IMG/VR virus record: IMGVR_UViG_3300042195_000059
Coordinates: 805 to 64,804 of that record
Length of the DNA stretch: 64,000 nucleotides
From: a virus
Reading direction: 5' to 3' (one strand)
The first letter of the stretch is position 1. Each line of letters starts with the position of its first letter. The translations under genes were made by a program, and so were the position numbers. Positions 9,096-18,484 of the stretch are shown in pieces. The notes beneath the pieces were generated by a model. That model was given only the letters and a program-made list of their open reading frames with translations. It was not told where the DNA came from and made no database searches.

Positions 9096-10322
9096 TTAAG
9101 AGTGGGCGTCCCAGGCGGCGAGAAGATCATCACGCACGGTGCCCTTCGAATTGACAGGCGCTGATACCTGTCCGGAAGGTGCTCCTCTGACCGAAACCGA
9201 TGCGCGCTTGGCGGCTTCGGACTTGGCGCGTTTTTCTTCTGCTAGCCTGTCGGCCTGGGTCTTGCTCTCTTCATTGGTTTTGCGGAGGCGGTCGTTGATG
9301 AGCGCCTCGCGAACCTCCGGGTGGAGGTAGCAAGCCTGTTCGTATGCTTTGGCAAGATCGGTCCGGAAGTCTCCGGTGCGTTCGATCACGCCGGTCGTAA
9401 ACAGACGGTTGATCGTCTCTTCGACATCGGAAAAGTAGCGGTACTCAACTGACGATTTGAGTTCGTCGATAACCTTCTGAGCTTGCGAGATCTGGCGTTC
9501 TTGATCCGCCTCCTGCCTGCTTTGAAAGGTGCTTTCGAGAGTGCTCAGTTTCTGCGTCAATGGGTTCAGAGCGGATTGAAGCGCCCTGTTGACGGCATCT
9601 CTTACATAGGGGTCGTCATACTCGTCCTGACCCGCTGGGGCCGCGCCATTTGTCTGCCCGTTCTGATGGGGCTGGGAGGCTGGCGCTGCGCCTCCAAACA
9701 TCTGCTGAAGCTGCTGCCTGCTGATGCCTGCGTTCTGGGCGATCGCGAGCAGTCCGCGCATGGGGTCCTGATTAAGAAGATTTTCAAAGCCGACATAGTT
9801 TTTCAACGCGGCTTCCAGCGTCGTGCCGGAATTCTTCGCCATCTCGGCATATTGGTCAATGCCCTTGTAGTCTCTCAGCTTGGCGAAGCCGTTATTGACC
9901 TCCTGCTCACGCTTGATAATATCGGCGCGGATATGAGACGGGAGCTGCTCCCACTCGGATTTTGACTTGATCGACCACCCCGGAGGCGGTGCGCCTTCTG
10001 CCTCTGCCGCCAGCGGCTCAGGCTCTTCCTGTGGCGGCTGCTCTTCCGTGGCTGGCTTGTCGGGTGCGGGTTCAGCCTTCGGCTCTTCCTCGCGCTCCCA
10101 TTGCGCCCTGACATCTTCTTCCGTAGCTTCGGGAGCGGTTTCCGCCGCTTTGCGAAAGCGGCCTCTTTCATCACGGGCGCGGCTGTCTGTTGGCTCGGGC
10201 GCCGCAACATCCGTTGCAGGCGCGTCACTGTCCGTCCAGCTGTCGAATGCTGCCTCGAGATCGGCGCGCACGGAAGTGTCTTCGGTGGGCGTTGATGTCG
10301 CCTCCGTCAGGTCGTCTTGCAT
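9096..10322 (-). CDS. scaffolding protein
   Basis: 408 aa, acidic, Ala/Glu/Gln-rich and helical, located between the portal-side genes and the capsid gene. Confidence 0.55.
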   Translation of the reverse strand: MQDDLTEATSTPTEDTSVRADLEAAFDSWTDSDAPATDVAAPEPTDSRARDERGRFRKAAETAPEATEEDVRAQWEREEEPKAEPAPDKPATEEQPPQEEPEPLAAEAEGAPPPGWSIKSKSEWEQLPSHIRADIIKREQEVNNGFAKLRDYKGIDQYAEMAKNSGTTLEAALKNYVGFENLLNQDPMRGLLAIAQNAGISRQQLQQMFGGAAPASQPHQNGQTNGAAPAGQDEYDDPYVRDAVNRALQSALNPLTQKLSTLESTFQSRQEADQERQISQAQKVIDELKSSVEYRYFSDVEETINRLFTTGVIERTGDFRTDLAKAYEQACYLHPEVREALINDRLRKTNEESKTQADRLAEEKRAKSEAAKRASVSVRGAPSGQVSAPVNSKGTVRDDLLAAWDAHS

Positions 10323-10371
10323 GGTTTTCCCTTGAGAGTTACTATAAATAAAGGCCGCCGAAGCGACCTGA

Positions 10372-11496
10372 TCATCTGAACCTTACTATCTGCTGGTCGT
10401 CTGGAACGTCCTGCGTTTCCCACGGGGGAGTGGCGCGGCGGTCTTCAGCGCTGAACTTGCGGCGTCTCTGGACGTTGCGGGCTTCGGTTTCGCCAGCAAG
10501 ACGGCGATACGCGTCATGCGGATCTGCTGCGGCGCGCAAATTGTTCTCGATAACGAAATCAAAATCGCCGGTCACAGGATCGTAACCATCAGGATTTTTC
10601 CTTGCGCGTTCAAGCGCCTCCTGAAGGGTCTCCCTTGATGGGAATTGCATTGGGCTTCCACCGGGCGCAAAACCTTCTCGCCCTTGCACATTATGCTGAA
10701 GCTCGTGCAGGCCGATGCTCCTTGCGTCGTTCGGGTCAGTCCCTTCTACCAACATATAAGGCCACTTCTCATCGTGCCAATACGCGCCTTTCGGCTCCAA
10801 ATCCGGCCCGTAGCTTCCGTACATGTCGGGGACATCGCCGTAAGCGGCAGAATATTCGGGATGATCAAGCCCCGTGAACTTGCCGGACTTGCTTGTCTGG
10901 AACATACCGGCTTTATCCGGAGTGACGCCGCTGAGCTGCGCGGCGCTGTCGTCGATCTCGAACTTCCACTTGCCATCGACGCCTTGCATCCATCCGGTGT
11001 CGCGCCAGATGTCATCACGTGACGCGCCGGAGGATGCCATTTCCTGAGCTTGCGCGAGCGCCTGCTGGTCCGCAGTTTTCGCTGTCGGTCCTGCAAAGAT
11101 AGTCGTGGTGCTTCGCGGATCATCCGGATACACAGAGTCCAGCAGCCGGTTGAACCCTTCCGGCAAATTCCGGTCCATCCATGCAGCACCGCGTTTCGTG
11201 CCTCTGGCGACGATGCCAGCGCCGGGGATTGCGCCGACAAGCGCTGTCGCTAAATCACCGTAGTTTGAAGCGGCTTGCCCGTAATCGCCGCGCAAAAGTG
11301 CATCACCTCCCTGTCCGGAGGATTTCCACGCATCATAGAGGGACATCGCCTCGCCGGAGCCGGGAGCCATCCCGAGACCAAATTCAGCGGCTGGAATCAG
11401 GTTGCGCCATGTCGCTTCCGGCGATATGCCTTGGCCATACGCGAAGATATCGTCAGGCGAGCCTAGCGCCAGATTACGGGCCGTTTGGCTTGGCAT
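10372..11496 (-). CDS. HExxH metallopeptidase-like head-module protein
   Basis: GLHELQHNVQ (HExxH) followed by LAGETEARNVQRRR. Located between the portal and scaffold genes. Confidence 0.55.
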   Translation of the reverse strand: MPSQTARNLALGSPDDIFAYGQGISPEATWRNLIPAAEFGLGMAPGSGEAMSLYDAWKSSGQGGDALLRGDYGQAASNYGDLATALVGAIPGAGIVARGTKRGAAWMDRNLPEGFNRLLDSVYPDDPRSTTTIFAGPTAKTADQQALAQAQEMASSGASRDDIWRDTGWMQGVDGKWKFEIDDSAAQLSGVTPDKAGMFQTSKSGKFTGLDHPEYSAAYGDVPDMYGSYGPDLEPKGAYWHDEKWPYMLVEGTDPNDARSIGLHELQHNVQGREGFAPGGSPMQFPSRETLQEALERARKNPDGYDPVTGDFDFVIENNLRAAADPHDAYRRLAGETEARNVQRRRKFSAEDRRATPPWETQDVPDDQQIVRFR

Positions 11497-11500
11497 TTGC

Positions 11501-11812
11501 TCAGCGCGACGATAGATCGTCGTAAGCGCGCCCGATGTCTTCCCTCAAGCCGGATGGCAGGGAGCGGTCAACGCGATCGGGGATGGTTTCATTACCGACT
11601 TCGGTAAGACCGCGCGCCCGCGTCTCGGCGCGGAACATCGACTTGCTGTCATAGGTCTGGCCGGTTACGGGATGAACAACGGGGTCCATGACATCAGAAA
11701 TGACATGCAGACCTCGCCTTGAAAGCGGGCGCTGCTTCCGTCTGGTCTTGCGGTGCTCGGGAAGAGGGTTTTCTTTCATGAAATCGAGATTCAAGCCGGT
11801 CAGCGATATCAT
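11501..11812 (-). CDS. hypothetical head-module protein (103 aa)
   Basis: ORF track. Its start overlaps the stop of a 51-aa upstream ORF (ATGA). Confidence 0.5.
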   Translation of the reverse strand: MISLTGLNLDFMKENPLPEHRKTRRKQRPLSRRGLHVISDVMDPVVHPVTGQTYDSKSMFRAETRARGLTEVGNETIPDRVDRSLPSGLREDIGRAYDDLSSR

Positions 11813-11964
11813 TGGAGCGCCTTCATTTCCTTGCAGGCATCGCGGGCAAACTTAGGACGGGTGAACTTCTCCAATGATATCAGCACCAGCAGGGGGCCTC
11901 GGTATCCGACGACGGACCAGAGACCTTCTTTGCAGGCGATTGTAAATCGAAGCGGATAGCCCAT
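11809..11964 (-). CDS. small hypothetical protein (51 aa, below ORF-track cutoff)
   Basis: ATG 11964 is preceded by GAGGAAGG. Translation: MGYPLRFTIACKEGLWSVVGYRGPLLVLISLEKFTRPKFARDACKEMKALQ. The stop overlaps the next start (ATGA). Confidence 0.5.
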   Translation of the reverse strand: MGYPLRFTIACKEGLWSVVGYRGPLLVLISLEKFTRPKFARDACKEMKALQ

Positions 11965-11978
11965 AGCCTTCCTCAGTC

Positions 11979-12182
11979 TCATCCGTTATAGCCTCTCGCC
12001 TCTGCCGCCTGCCGCATCATGAGCCATTCCTCGTTCGATGGGTGATAGGCGTTGAAATAACGATCCGTCTCCCATTCGAATTGCCATTTGTTGGGGTCGA
12101 ATTCGATGAGCTTCTTGTCAGCCGAAGACATGGCGTCGTACTCGGCGCGGGTGATGTGTTGGGCGTCTTGCCAGTTGGTCAT
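11979..12182 (-). CDS. hypothetical protein (67 aa)
   Basis: ORF track. Start overlaps the portal stop (ATGA). Confidence 0.5.
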   Translation of the reverse strand: MTNWQDAQHITRAEYDAMSSADKKLIEFDPNKWQFEWETDRYFNAYHPSNEEWLMMRQAAEARGYNG

Positions 12183-14764
12183 TTGCTCGCACTCTTCCCT
12201 GCTGCATTCGCCTTGGCTTTCATCGCCTGCTCTGCAATGGTGGCCTTGCGTTCATCGGACTGCGCCTGACGCTCGGCGGAGCGATCATCATACTGCGCCT
12301 GGCGTTCTTGCGCCTCGGCATCGTAAGCGGCTTTCATCTGCATGTTCTGTGACTGAATCTGCAGTTTTTGACCTTCCATTGCAACATTCGCCTGGAGTTT
12401 TTCCATCTCCATTTGATGTTTCAGCATTTCGATCTGGGTTTTGCGGACCATCTCAGCCATTTTCATCTCGTATTCTTTTTCTTTGAACTGCATTTCCATT
12501 TGGCTGAGCTGGGCTTGCCGTTGGTCTTCAGCTTGCTGGCGCTGCGCTTCCGCCTGCATTTCTTGCTGACGGGCTTGCATCTCCATCTGCATCTTCTCGG
12601 CTTCGGCCTTCGCCTTGATCTCTTCCGGAGATGGCTGCGGAGGCTTGGGCTGCTTGGCGTCTTTTTCGAGGGCGTCTAAAGTTTCCTCGAAGCTGGTCTC
12701 CAACTCGCGCCCGGCGCGGAAGCCACGGACACCGAACAGAAGCATTTTGCCGAGCAGCGGGCGAAGCTCCGGCGCGGCCATCCCGATTTCGAGCGCCTGT
12801 CCGAGGAACCCGCTTGCCGCCGTCAGGAACTCGACGCGCGACTGCTTTTCGCTCTCGGGGTCAGGATCGATCGTCGAATCCGTCTCGATGTCAATCCTGA
12901 AGCCGCGCAGCTTGTCATTGCGCAGAAGCTCGACGGCGGCAGCGAAATCCGCCATTGCTTTTTCCCGGACCGCAACCATAGGATCGACGGGCGGCGGCAT
13001 CTGGATCGGCGTACCGCCTTGCGGCAGGGGCGGAGCCATTGGAAGCATGCCCTGCTGTGGCGGCATCGGTCCGGGCTGTGGCCCTTGCGGAGGCATCGCG
13101 CCTTGCGGCGGCATGGGAGGCGCACCGGCTGGCATCTCCGGGCCGCCTTGCATCGGAGGTGGCCCCTGCATTGGAGGCTGTGGCGGCCCTTGTGGCGGCA
13201 TCTGGGGACCGCCCATCGGTGGCCCGCCATTGTGGCCCATCATCGGAGGCGGTGCAGGCTGCTCCGGCATATCCGGCGGCAGATGGTCCTCGATACCCCA
13301 TTGCTCATAGCTTGACATCAGGAAGATCGTCTCCGGCGAGAAATGCTCGGCGATGATCTCCGCCATGATGATCAGCGTGTCACGCGTGAACCGGCTCAAC
13401 TCGGCCTGACGGTCCTGCAGGCGCAGATTGGCGAACTGCCCCTTGATGCGCTGCTCGGTCGCGGTCTTTGCCGACCCGCTCGACATGCCCCGCACAATAT
13501 CGGATATGCCGGTGATCTCGTAAAGATCGTTCTTGACCTGCTGGCGGGCTTCGTAAAGACGGATAAGGACTTCCGCCATTTCCTTGATCGGAAGGAACGA
13601 GACGCCGCCGGGAATGCCGCCCTTTTCGGACAACGCTGCCCAGTTGTCGCACGGATAGAGTTTGTTCTCGTCGCCGTCTTCCAGAAGCCTGCGAAGCTCG
13701 GGGATGCTGGCGTCATACACGCCGGCCGCCCTGATGGCATCCGTCAGTAGCGAAATCCGTGTCGTCAGGTCGTCAAGCTCTTGCGCCTGATCCTTGTACT
13801 GGTGATAATCAGGTACGGGAACGACGCTGTTTGTCGTCACCGTGGATACACATGCGTCAGGCGTTGGCCAGAAGCAATGCAGCTTCAGCGGATCGTCAAC
13901 CACTTCAAGCGGCTGCTCGGTCCAGGATTCAGCCAGGAAGATGACCTTACGGCTTTCCTTGTCCCATATTTCCCAGACGGTGGCCTTCTTCAGCAGCTCG
14001 TTTTCAGGCTTGGAGGCTTCGCTTGCATCCATTCCCGCCGGGCAGTGATCGAGCGGGATGGACTGAAGCTGCTGTTTCGTCAGCTTGCTGAAGCGCTTCT
14101 TCAGTTGATCCCGCGACAGGAATGCACGCTTGGCCTTCCATGTGATTTCATCTTCGACACGAGCCGGAGAGCATAGATAGTCTTCCCAATGCACGTAATC
14201 AACGCAGGTCTTTTCGCTGATGACGGCGGGATCATAGCTTTCTTCCGCAGCCATTGCCTCATCAGGCTGAGGTTGCGCCGCCTCGCCGCCTTCCGAGAGG
14301 GAAAGCTTGTCGTCAATCCCTTCGTACTCTGGCTCGTAGCGTATCCAGTTGACGCCCTGCCCGGTCAGCAGGTAATCGTCACGGCAAAGCTTGACCGTCT
14401 TGTGAAAATAGCCGACTTCGATCTGGTAGGCCAGCGTCCGTTCCAGCAATCGACAAGCAATGCGTCCGATAGGATCGCGGTCGCGGTAGCGGCGCTCGAC
14501 GATCGGCTGTGGCGCTTTGGAATAGACCGCCGGCCCGAGCGTCTGGACATTCGACCACAGGACATTGAACCGGCAGTTCGTGTCCTTCTCGCCGCGCTCG
14601 TCACGATAGCGCTTGATGATCTTGCGGCAATCCTTGACCCAGGTCTTGCGCTCTTTCTGAGCAAGAGCAATCTCGGTCTTCCAGCGGCGGGCCATAGACT
14701 CCGGCGTGCTGCCGAAGTCTGCAATGCTCTCTACGGAGCGCGTATCGGCAGCGGTTTCAGCCAT
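12179..14764 (-). CDS. portal protein with internal Pro/Gln/Met/Gly-rich insert and long C-terminal helical tail
   Basis: 861 aa, downstream of the TerL block. It has a ~100-aa low-complexity P/Q/M/G stretch (about nt 12975-13290) and a ~160-aa E/Q/M/K coiled-coil C-terminus (about nt 12179-12650) that recalls the P22 portal barrel. Confidence 0.7.
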   Translation of the reverse strand: MAETAADTRSVESIADFGSTPESMARRWKTEIALAQKERKTWVKDCRKIIKRYRDERGEKDTNCRFNVLWSNVQTLGPAVYSKAPQPIVERRYRDRDPIGRIACRLLERTLAYQIEVGYFHKTVKLCRDDYLLTGQGVNWIRYEPEYEGIDDKLSLSEGGEAAQPQPDEAMAAEESYDPAVISEKTCVDYVHWEDYLCSPARVEDEITWKAKRAFLSRDQLKKRFSKLTKQQLQSIPLDHCPAGMDASEASKPENELLKKATVWEIWDKESRKVIFLAESWTEQPLEVVDDPLKLHCFWPTPDACVSTVTTNSVVPVPDYHQYKDQAQELDDLTTRISLLTDAIRAAGVYDASIPELRRLLEDGDENKLYPCDNWAALSEKGGIPGGVSFLPIKEMAEVLIRLYEARQQVKNDLYEITGISDIVRGMSSGSAKTATEQRIKGQFANLRLQDRQAELSRFTRDTLIIMAEIIAEHFSPETIFLMSSYEQWGIEDHLPPDMPEQPAPPPMMGHNGGPPMGGPQMPPQGPPQPPMQGPPPMQGGPEMPAGAPPMPPQGAMPPQGPQPGPMPPQQGMLPMAPPLPQGGTPIQMPPPVDPMVAVREKAMADFAAAVELLRNDKLRGFRIDIETDSTIDPDPESEKQSRVEFLTAASGFLGQALEIGMAAPELRPLLGKMLLFGVRGFRAGRELETSFEETLDALEKDAKQPKPPQPSPEEIKAKAEAEKMQMEMQARQQEMQAEAQRQQAEDQRQAQLSQMEMQFKEKEYEMKMAEMVRKTQIEMLKHQMEMEKLQANVAMEGQKLQIQSQNMQMKAAYDAEAQERQAQYDDRSAERQAQSDERKATIAEQAMKAKANAAGKSASK

Positions 14765-15084
14765 TAGGAAGCGTTACCGTGGCCGGCGTAGCCAGCGGTG
14801 ACGTACACCGGACTTGCATCAGTGCCCACGCTCTCAATCGAGACATGCGTCGCACCAGCGGGCACCATGAAAAACGCGCGTTCGCCCGCCGCCACCGTCA
14901 CGTGAGTAGGCCCGGCCTCAACTGTCGAAGCCCCAAAGGCAATGAAAATCCCCTCTGAACTGGTGTTCAGAACGCATACAACAATTGCATTGCTCCCACT
15001 AGGTCTTGGCAGAACATCCGTGTCATGAGTTGCGCCTGATGTAAGCTCAACGCTGTTCGCAGCCTGCTGAAAGACTATTCCCAT
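14764..15084 (-). CDS. hypothetical protein between terminase and portal (106 aa)
   Basis: ORF track. It shares 1-nt overlaps with both neighbouring genes. Confidence 0.45.
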   Translation of the reverse strand: MGIVFQQAANSVELTSGATHDTDVLPRPSGSNAIVVCVLNTSSEGIFIAFGASTVEAGPTHVTVAAGERAFFMVPAGATHVSIESVGTDASPVYVTAGYAGHGNAS

Positions 15085-16445
15085 TATGATCTCCTGCGAG
15101 CCTTGCGCTCATGCTGAGCCCATAGGTCTTCGAGTGTAACTTGGTTGGGTGGCGGGTTAGGGCCGATCTGGAGGACGCGGCCGCGTTCCGGTGCTTCAGG
15201 CGCTTTAGATGCGAGCATCACCTGACAGCCGTAGGAGAACCCGTCACTCGGATGGCTTGCCCAATTATGCTTTGGCTCTTTCATGAAAACCTGAAGGTCT
15301 GGGTTCCACTCGTATTCCCAGGCTCTCAAGCCATCGAGGCCGCGCTCACAGTTGGTCTCATGAAACTCACACTTGCGGATAACTGTACGAGCTGCGTTGA
15401 TACGGTCAGACTTGGTGGCGACTGGAACGATCGCGACCTTGTCGCCACCAAACGCTGACAGGAACTGCTCAAGCGCAGTGTGCTTGCTCTGAAAAGTCTT
15501 GTTTCTGGCATCGTGCGGCAAGTAGATTTTGCCCAGATTCGTCCAGCCACGCATTGTCAGGCGTTCTTGCAGACGCGGAATCCACTCCTGCGCCTCTAGG
15601 CCGCTGTCCTCGTCATAGTCGAGCAGGCCGAAACCGCCAATGCGGCGTTGCCAGAACCACCATGAAGCCGTGTCACGAAAACCGATGTCGCTACTGATCT
15701 CGATCGGAGCACCGTTTGGCTCGTACTCGACGTGATCACCAATGCGACCTTCCTTCTCGGCGTTGCCGACCCATCTACCGAGGATCGCGCCTGCCTGAAG
15801 GCCATAGCCGCCTTCCCAGACGTGTTCCGCCGCATCGGGGTCGGTGGCGAAATCGTGGTCTCGCTCCTTGCGAAGCACTTCGGGAAACCATGGATTGTCC
15901 CGCCAGTTGACCTGTACGCTTACTGCATCAGGATGCGGGTTTTTACGGAAGAACATGTCCACCGCGTCGGTGCGGTTTCGAGGGTTCCAGCCAAACCACA
16001 GCTCGGAGCCTTCTTTACGTATCGTCGGCCGAAGCAATTCCAGCGACATGGCCGAAAGTGTTTGCGCTTCTTCAACCCAGGCGATGTCATACGCTTCAAG
16101 CGACTTAATGCTGTCTGCGTTGTAAGACTGCATGCCGCGAAAGATGATCAGCGAGCCGTTCTTGCCTCTGATCTCATTATCGAGAACGTCGAAGTGTCCA
16201 ACAAGATCAAGTTTGCGGATCTTATCGACGAGGAGCTGCCTAACGCTGTCCCGGATGGTGTTCTGAACTTCGCGAATGCAGACGATGCGGGTAGGCTTGG
16301 CGTAGCAGCGTATGATTGCCTGCTCGGCAAAGAAGTGTGACTTGGCCCCGCCTCTACCGCCATATGCGCCTTTGTATCGTGCTGGCTTTAAAAGTGGTGC
16401 CAGCGCACGAGGGACATCAACCCTCAGAAGCGTTGTCGATGACAC
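15084..16445 (-). CDS. terL: terminase large subunit
   Basis: Walker A motif YGGRGGAKSH, Walker B-like AWVEEAQ, and overall resemblance to PBSX/Terminase_3-type TerL. 453 aa. Confidence 0.9.
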   Translation of the reverse strand: MSSTTLLRVDVPRALAPLLKPARYKGAYGGRGGAKSHFFAEQAIIRCYAKPTRIVCIREVQNTIRDSVRQLLVDKIRKLDLVGHFDVLDNEIRGKNGSLIIFRGMQSYNADSIKSLEAYDIAWVEEAQTLSAMSLELLRPTIRKEGSELWFGWNPRNRTDAVDMFFRKNPHPDAVSVQVNWRDNPWFPEVLRKERDHDFATDPDAAEHVWEGGYGLQAGAILGRWVGNAEKEGRIGDHVEYEPNGAPIEISSDIGFRDTASWWFWQRRIGGFGLLDYDEDSGLEAQEWIPRLQERLTMRGWTNLGKIYLPHDARNKTFQSKHTALEQFLSAFGGDKVAIVPVATKSDRINAARTVIRKCEFHETNCERGLDGLRAWEYEWNPDLQVFMKEPKHNWASHPSDGFSYGCQVMLASKAPEAPERGRVLQIGPNPPPNQVTLEDLWAQHERKARRRS

Positions 16446-16926
16446 GAAATTCTACGACGCCGACTTGATGCTGAATTGGATTGTCTTTATCGCCGGCAAG
16501 TTGGATCTTGTCGCCATACTCAGCCCTGAAGCGAGCGGCCATTGACTTGTTCCAGAGATTGGCGTTGAAGTCTTTGTCTTTCAAATTGGTGCGAGCTTCT
16601 TTCTCCCAGAAAGCTTGCTCAAGCTCCTTTGCACGCGTTAAAGCTGACGAAAAGACAGGATGCACGTCACACCATGAACGCATCGTCGTGCGAGGCACAT
16701 TGATCTCAGCGGAGATTTCGCATTCGCTGTATCCATGCCTTCCGAGGTCCATCACAAGGGCGCACATTGAATCGTGATACTCAGGTACATTCATCCATGA
16801 CGGTCTGCCGCCAGTGCTGATAGGCTTCGTCTCCTCACTCACCTTTACCTTAAGCGCAATTCCATCAGATGATGATTTAGCGCGGGGCTTGCGTTTGGTG
16901 GTGGGTGATTTAGGAGCGCGGGGCAT
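16417..16926 (-). CDS. terS: terminase small subunit (HTH)
   Basis: 169 aa immediately upstream of TerL and overlapping it. Basic N-terminus and an HTH-like segment YSECEISAEINVPRTTMRSW. Confidence 0.6.
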   Translation of the reverse strand: MPRAPKSPTTKRKPRAKSSSDGIALKVKVSEETKPISTGGRPSWMNVPEYHDSMCALVMDLGRHGYSECEISAEINVPRTTMRSWCDVHPVFSSALTRAKELEQAFWEKEARTNLKDKDFNANLWNKSMAARFRAEYGDKIQLAGDKDNPIQHQVGVVEFRVIDNASEG

Positions 16927-17167
16927 GCTTATCTTTGTAGTACCCTGTTTTAAAATATGAGATCAAAGTCAGCACTGCGAACAAAAGTGCGCCGAGGCAG
17001 ACCGTTCCAACCACAAGTACGATAGCCACTTCCTGCGAAATTACGGCTAATGAAGCAAAAATCAGAATGCTGATCCCGAAAGCAGACCTTATCCCCTCCC
17101 AGTAATGGCGGGTTTCGTAATAAAACTGCTCACGGGCAGTCTTGGGCTCTAACTTAGGATTCGGCAT
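16910..17167 (-). CDS. small membrane protein (85 aa)
   Basis: Two hydrophobic helices: ISILIFASLAVISQEVAIVLVV and GTVCLGALLFAVLTLI. Confidence 0.5.
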   Translation of the reverse strand: MPNPKLEPKTAREQFYYETRHYWEGIRSAFGISILIFASLAVISQEVAIVLVVGTVCLGALLFAVLTLISYFKTGYYKDKHAPRS

Positions 17168-17348
17168 TGGTCTTCTTCATGGCGTCTAGCTTTAGATGCT
17201 GCATGAGCGGGCTGTTTCTGACCACATTATCAGAAAAGACTGTGTGGTTCTCACGCAAGGTGCTCGTGAGCATCTCCTGAATGACTGGCGGCTTTTCAAT
17301 ACCTAGTGCACGCAAGACTCGATGATATAGCCGATTGAAAAATGTCAT
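17154..17348 (-). CDS. hypothetical protein (64 aa)
   Basis: ORF track. It is the first ORF after the terminator hairpins. Confidence 0.4.
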   Translation of the reverse strand: MTFFNRLYHRVLRALGIEKPPVIQEMLTSTLRENHTVFSDNVVRNSPLMQHLKLDAMKKTNAES

Positions 17349-17404
17349 TCCTTAGCTCCTGCTCTACGCTTGCGCACACCAACACCCGAGAATCCAGAGA
17401 AAAT

Positions 17405-17450
17405 TTGATGTAAAAGACGCGGATGTCGGCCTTGTACCCGACATCCGCGT
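17405..17450 (-). terminator. intrinsic terminator-like hairpin at the early/late boundary
   Basis: Perfect 13-bp stem ACGCGGATGTCGG/CCGACATCCGCGT (17417-17429 / 17438-17450) with an 8-nt loop. On the minus strand it is followed by CTTTTACATCAAATTT. A second 8-bp hairpin lies at 17455-17484. Confidence 0.6.
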
Positions 17451-17495
17451 ATGCGTTCCCGCAGGATTTGCCTGACGCGGGAACCCGAATCAATA

Positions 17496-17762
17496 TTAGC
17501 CGTCATTATTAACTCGATTGTAGGCGATCACAAGTGAATGCGGCTTCTTCTGACGTAGCGCAATGACTAGAGCATCCGAACAGATAACATTCTCAATCCT
17601 GGCGACAGTGGCGACGTTCAGATATGAACCGTCTGGCATCTGCTTGAATTTTTGAATATTGGATAAAAGATGGTCAGCCTTGGCGCGAAGGCGTTCATAC
17701 GTGGCGTCTGGTATTTTTACGACCCTGGCGCGGTCATGACGCTTGAATGTTATTTCAGGCAT
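17496..17762 (-). CDS. hypothetical protein (88 aa)
   Basis: ORF track. Last gene of the leftward early operon. Confidence 0.5.
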   Translation of the reverse strand: MPEITFKRHDRARVVKIPDATYERLRAKADHLLSNIQKFKQMPDGSYLNVATVARIENVICSDALVIALRQKKPHSLVIAYNRVNNDG

Positions 17763-17767
17763 TTGCC

Positions 17768-18025
17768 TTAGCTCCCGTCATTGGCGGTCTCGGCTCCAAG
17801 TTCGGCAACGCGCTTCGCCAGCCGGTCGCGCTCATTCTTCAGCTCGATCAGATTGACGATTGCAGTCAATCGCTCGTTCTCGGCGTGCAGCCGGTCCAAC
17901 TCAACTCCCATATCGACAAGCTGAGGCAAATAGTTGATCAGCGTTACCTTGGCAAATTCCGGGCTTTTTCCGATACTGCGCCGGATTGCGTCGGTCAGTT
18001 CTTCCATGCGGTCACGGTAGCTCAT
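17768..18025 (-). CDS. coiled-coil protein (85 aa)
   Basis: ORF track; heptad-rich sequence. Confidence 0.5.
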   Translation of the reverse strand: MSYRDRMEELTDAIRRSIGKSPEFAKVTLINYLPQLVDMGVELDRLHAENERLTAIVNLIELKNERDRLAKRVAELGAETANDGS

Positions 18026-18284
18026 CTGTTAAGCTCCTTGAGCTTGGCGCTGGCGGGTCAGCGGAAGGCTCCTCATTGAGGATATCATTCAGCATCGCCG
18101 CGTCATAAGGCATCCGTTGAAGCCAAACGACGAGGATCGCCACCGGTCTCGGTATCGGATTTTCTCCGCTACACCAGCGGCGCACCTGGCGCGCGTCCCT
18201 GCCCATCATTTCGCCCCACTCCCTCTGGGTAATGTCCAGATCCTTCAGGAGCTTGTGCAGATCTTGTCCCGTCACGTTCTTCAT
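18012..18284 (-). CDS. HTH DNA-binding protein (XRE/Cro-like, 90 aa)
   Basis: Track ORF trimmed to ATG 18284 (MKNVTGQDLHKLLKDLDITQREWGEMMGRDARQVRRWCSGE). It is divergent from a strong plus-strand promoter. Confidence 0.6.
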   Translation of the reverse strand: MKNVTGQDLHKLLKDLDITQREWGEMMGRDARQVRRWCSGENPIPRPVAILVVWLQRMPYDAAMLNDILNEEPSADPPAPSSRSLTDELP

Positions 18285-18331
18285 GACAAGCACTATAGGA
18301 CATTTTTGCAGTGTTTTCCAGCGAAAAGAGC

Positions 18332-18360
18332 TTGACAAGCGGACGCTGGCGTCCTATATT
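18332..18360 (+). promoter_or_regulatory. sigma70-type promoter TTGACA-N17-TATATT
   Basis: TTGACA at 18332-18337, an exact 17-nt spacer, and TATATT at 18355-18360. It faces two small plus-strand ORFs. Confidence 0.65.
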
Positions 18361-18484
18361 GGAGTTATCAGCCACGGAAACCGACCTGGGACGTGCAGTC
18401 TAACAAACGGTCTCAGGTGCTACTCAGCAAAAACGGGCGGCGATACGATCTCTCTTCAAGGCGATTTCAACCTTGGAGGAAAAC

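Noticed and set aside
12368-13356. Several long plus-strand and out-of-frame ORFs (12368-12679, 12615-13310, 13019-13315, 13039-13356, 12823-13230, 12915-13301)
   Set aside because: They are shadow ORFs produced by the GC-rich, low-complexity Pro/Gln/Met and Glu/Gln coding repeats of the portal gene. Their compositions (poly Gly-Cys-Gly, Arg-rich) do not look like proteins.
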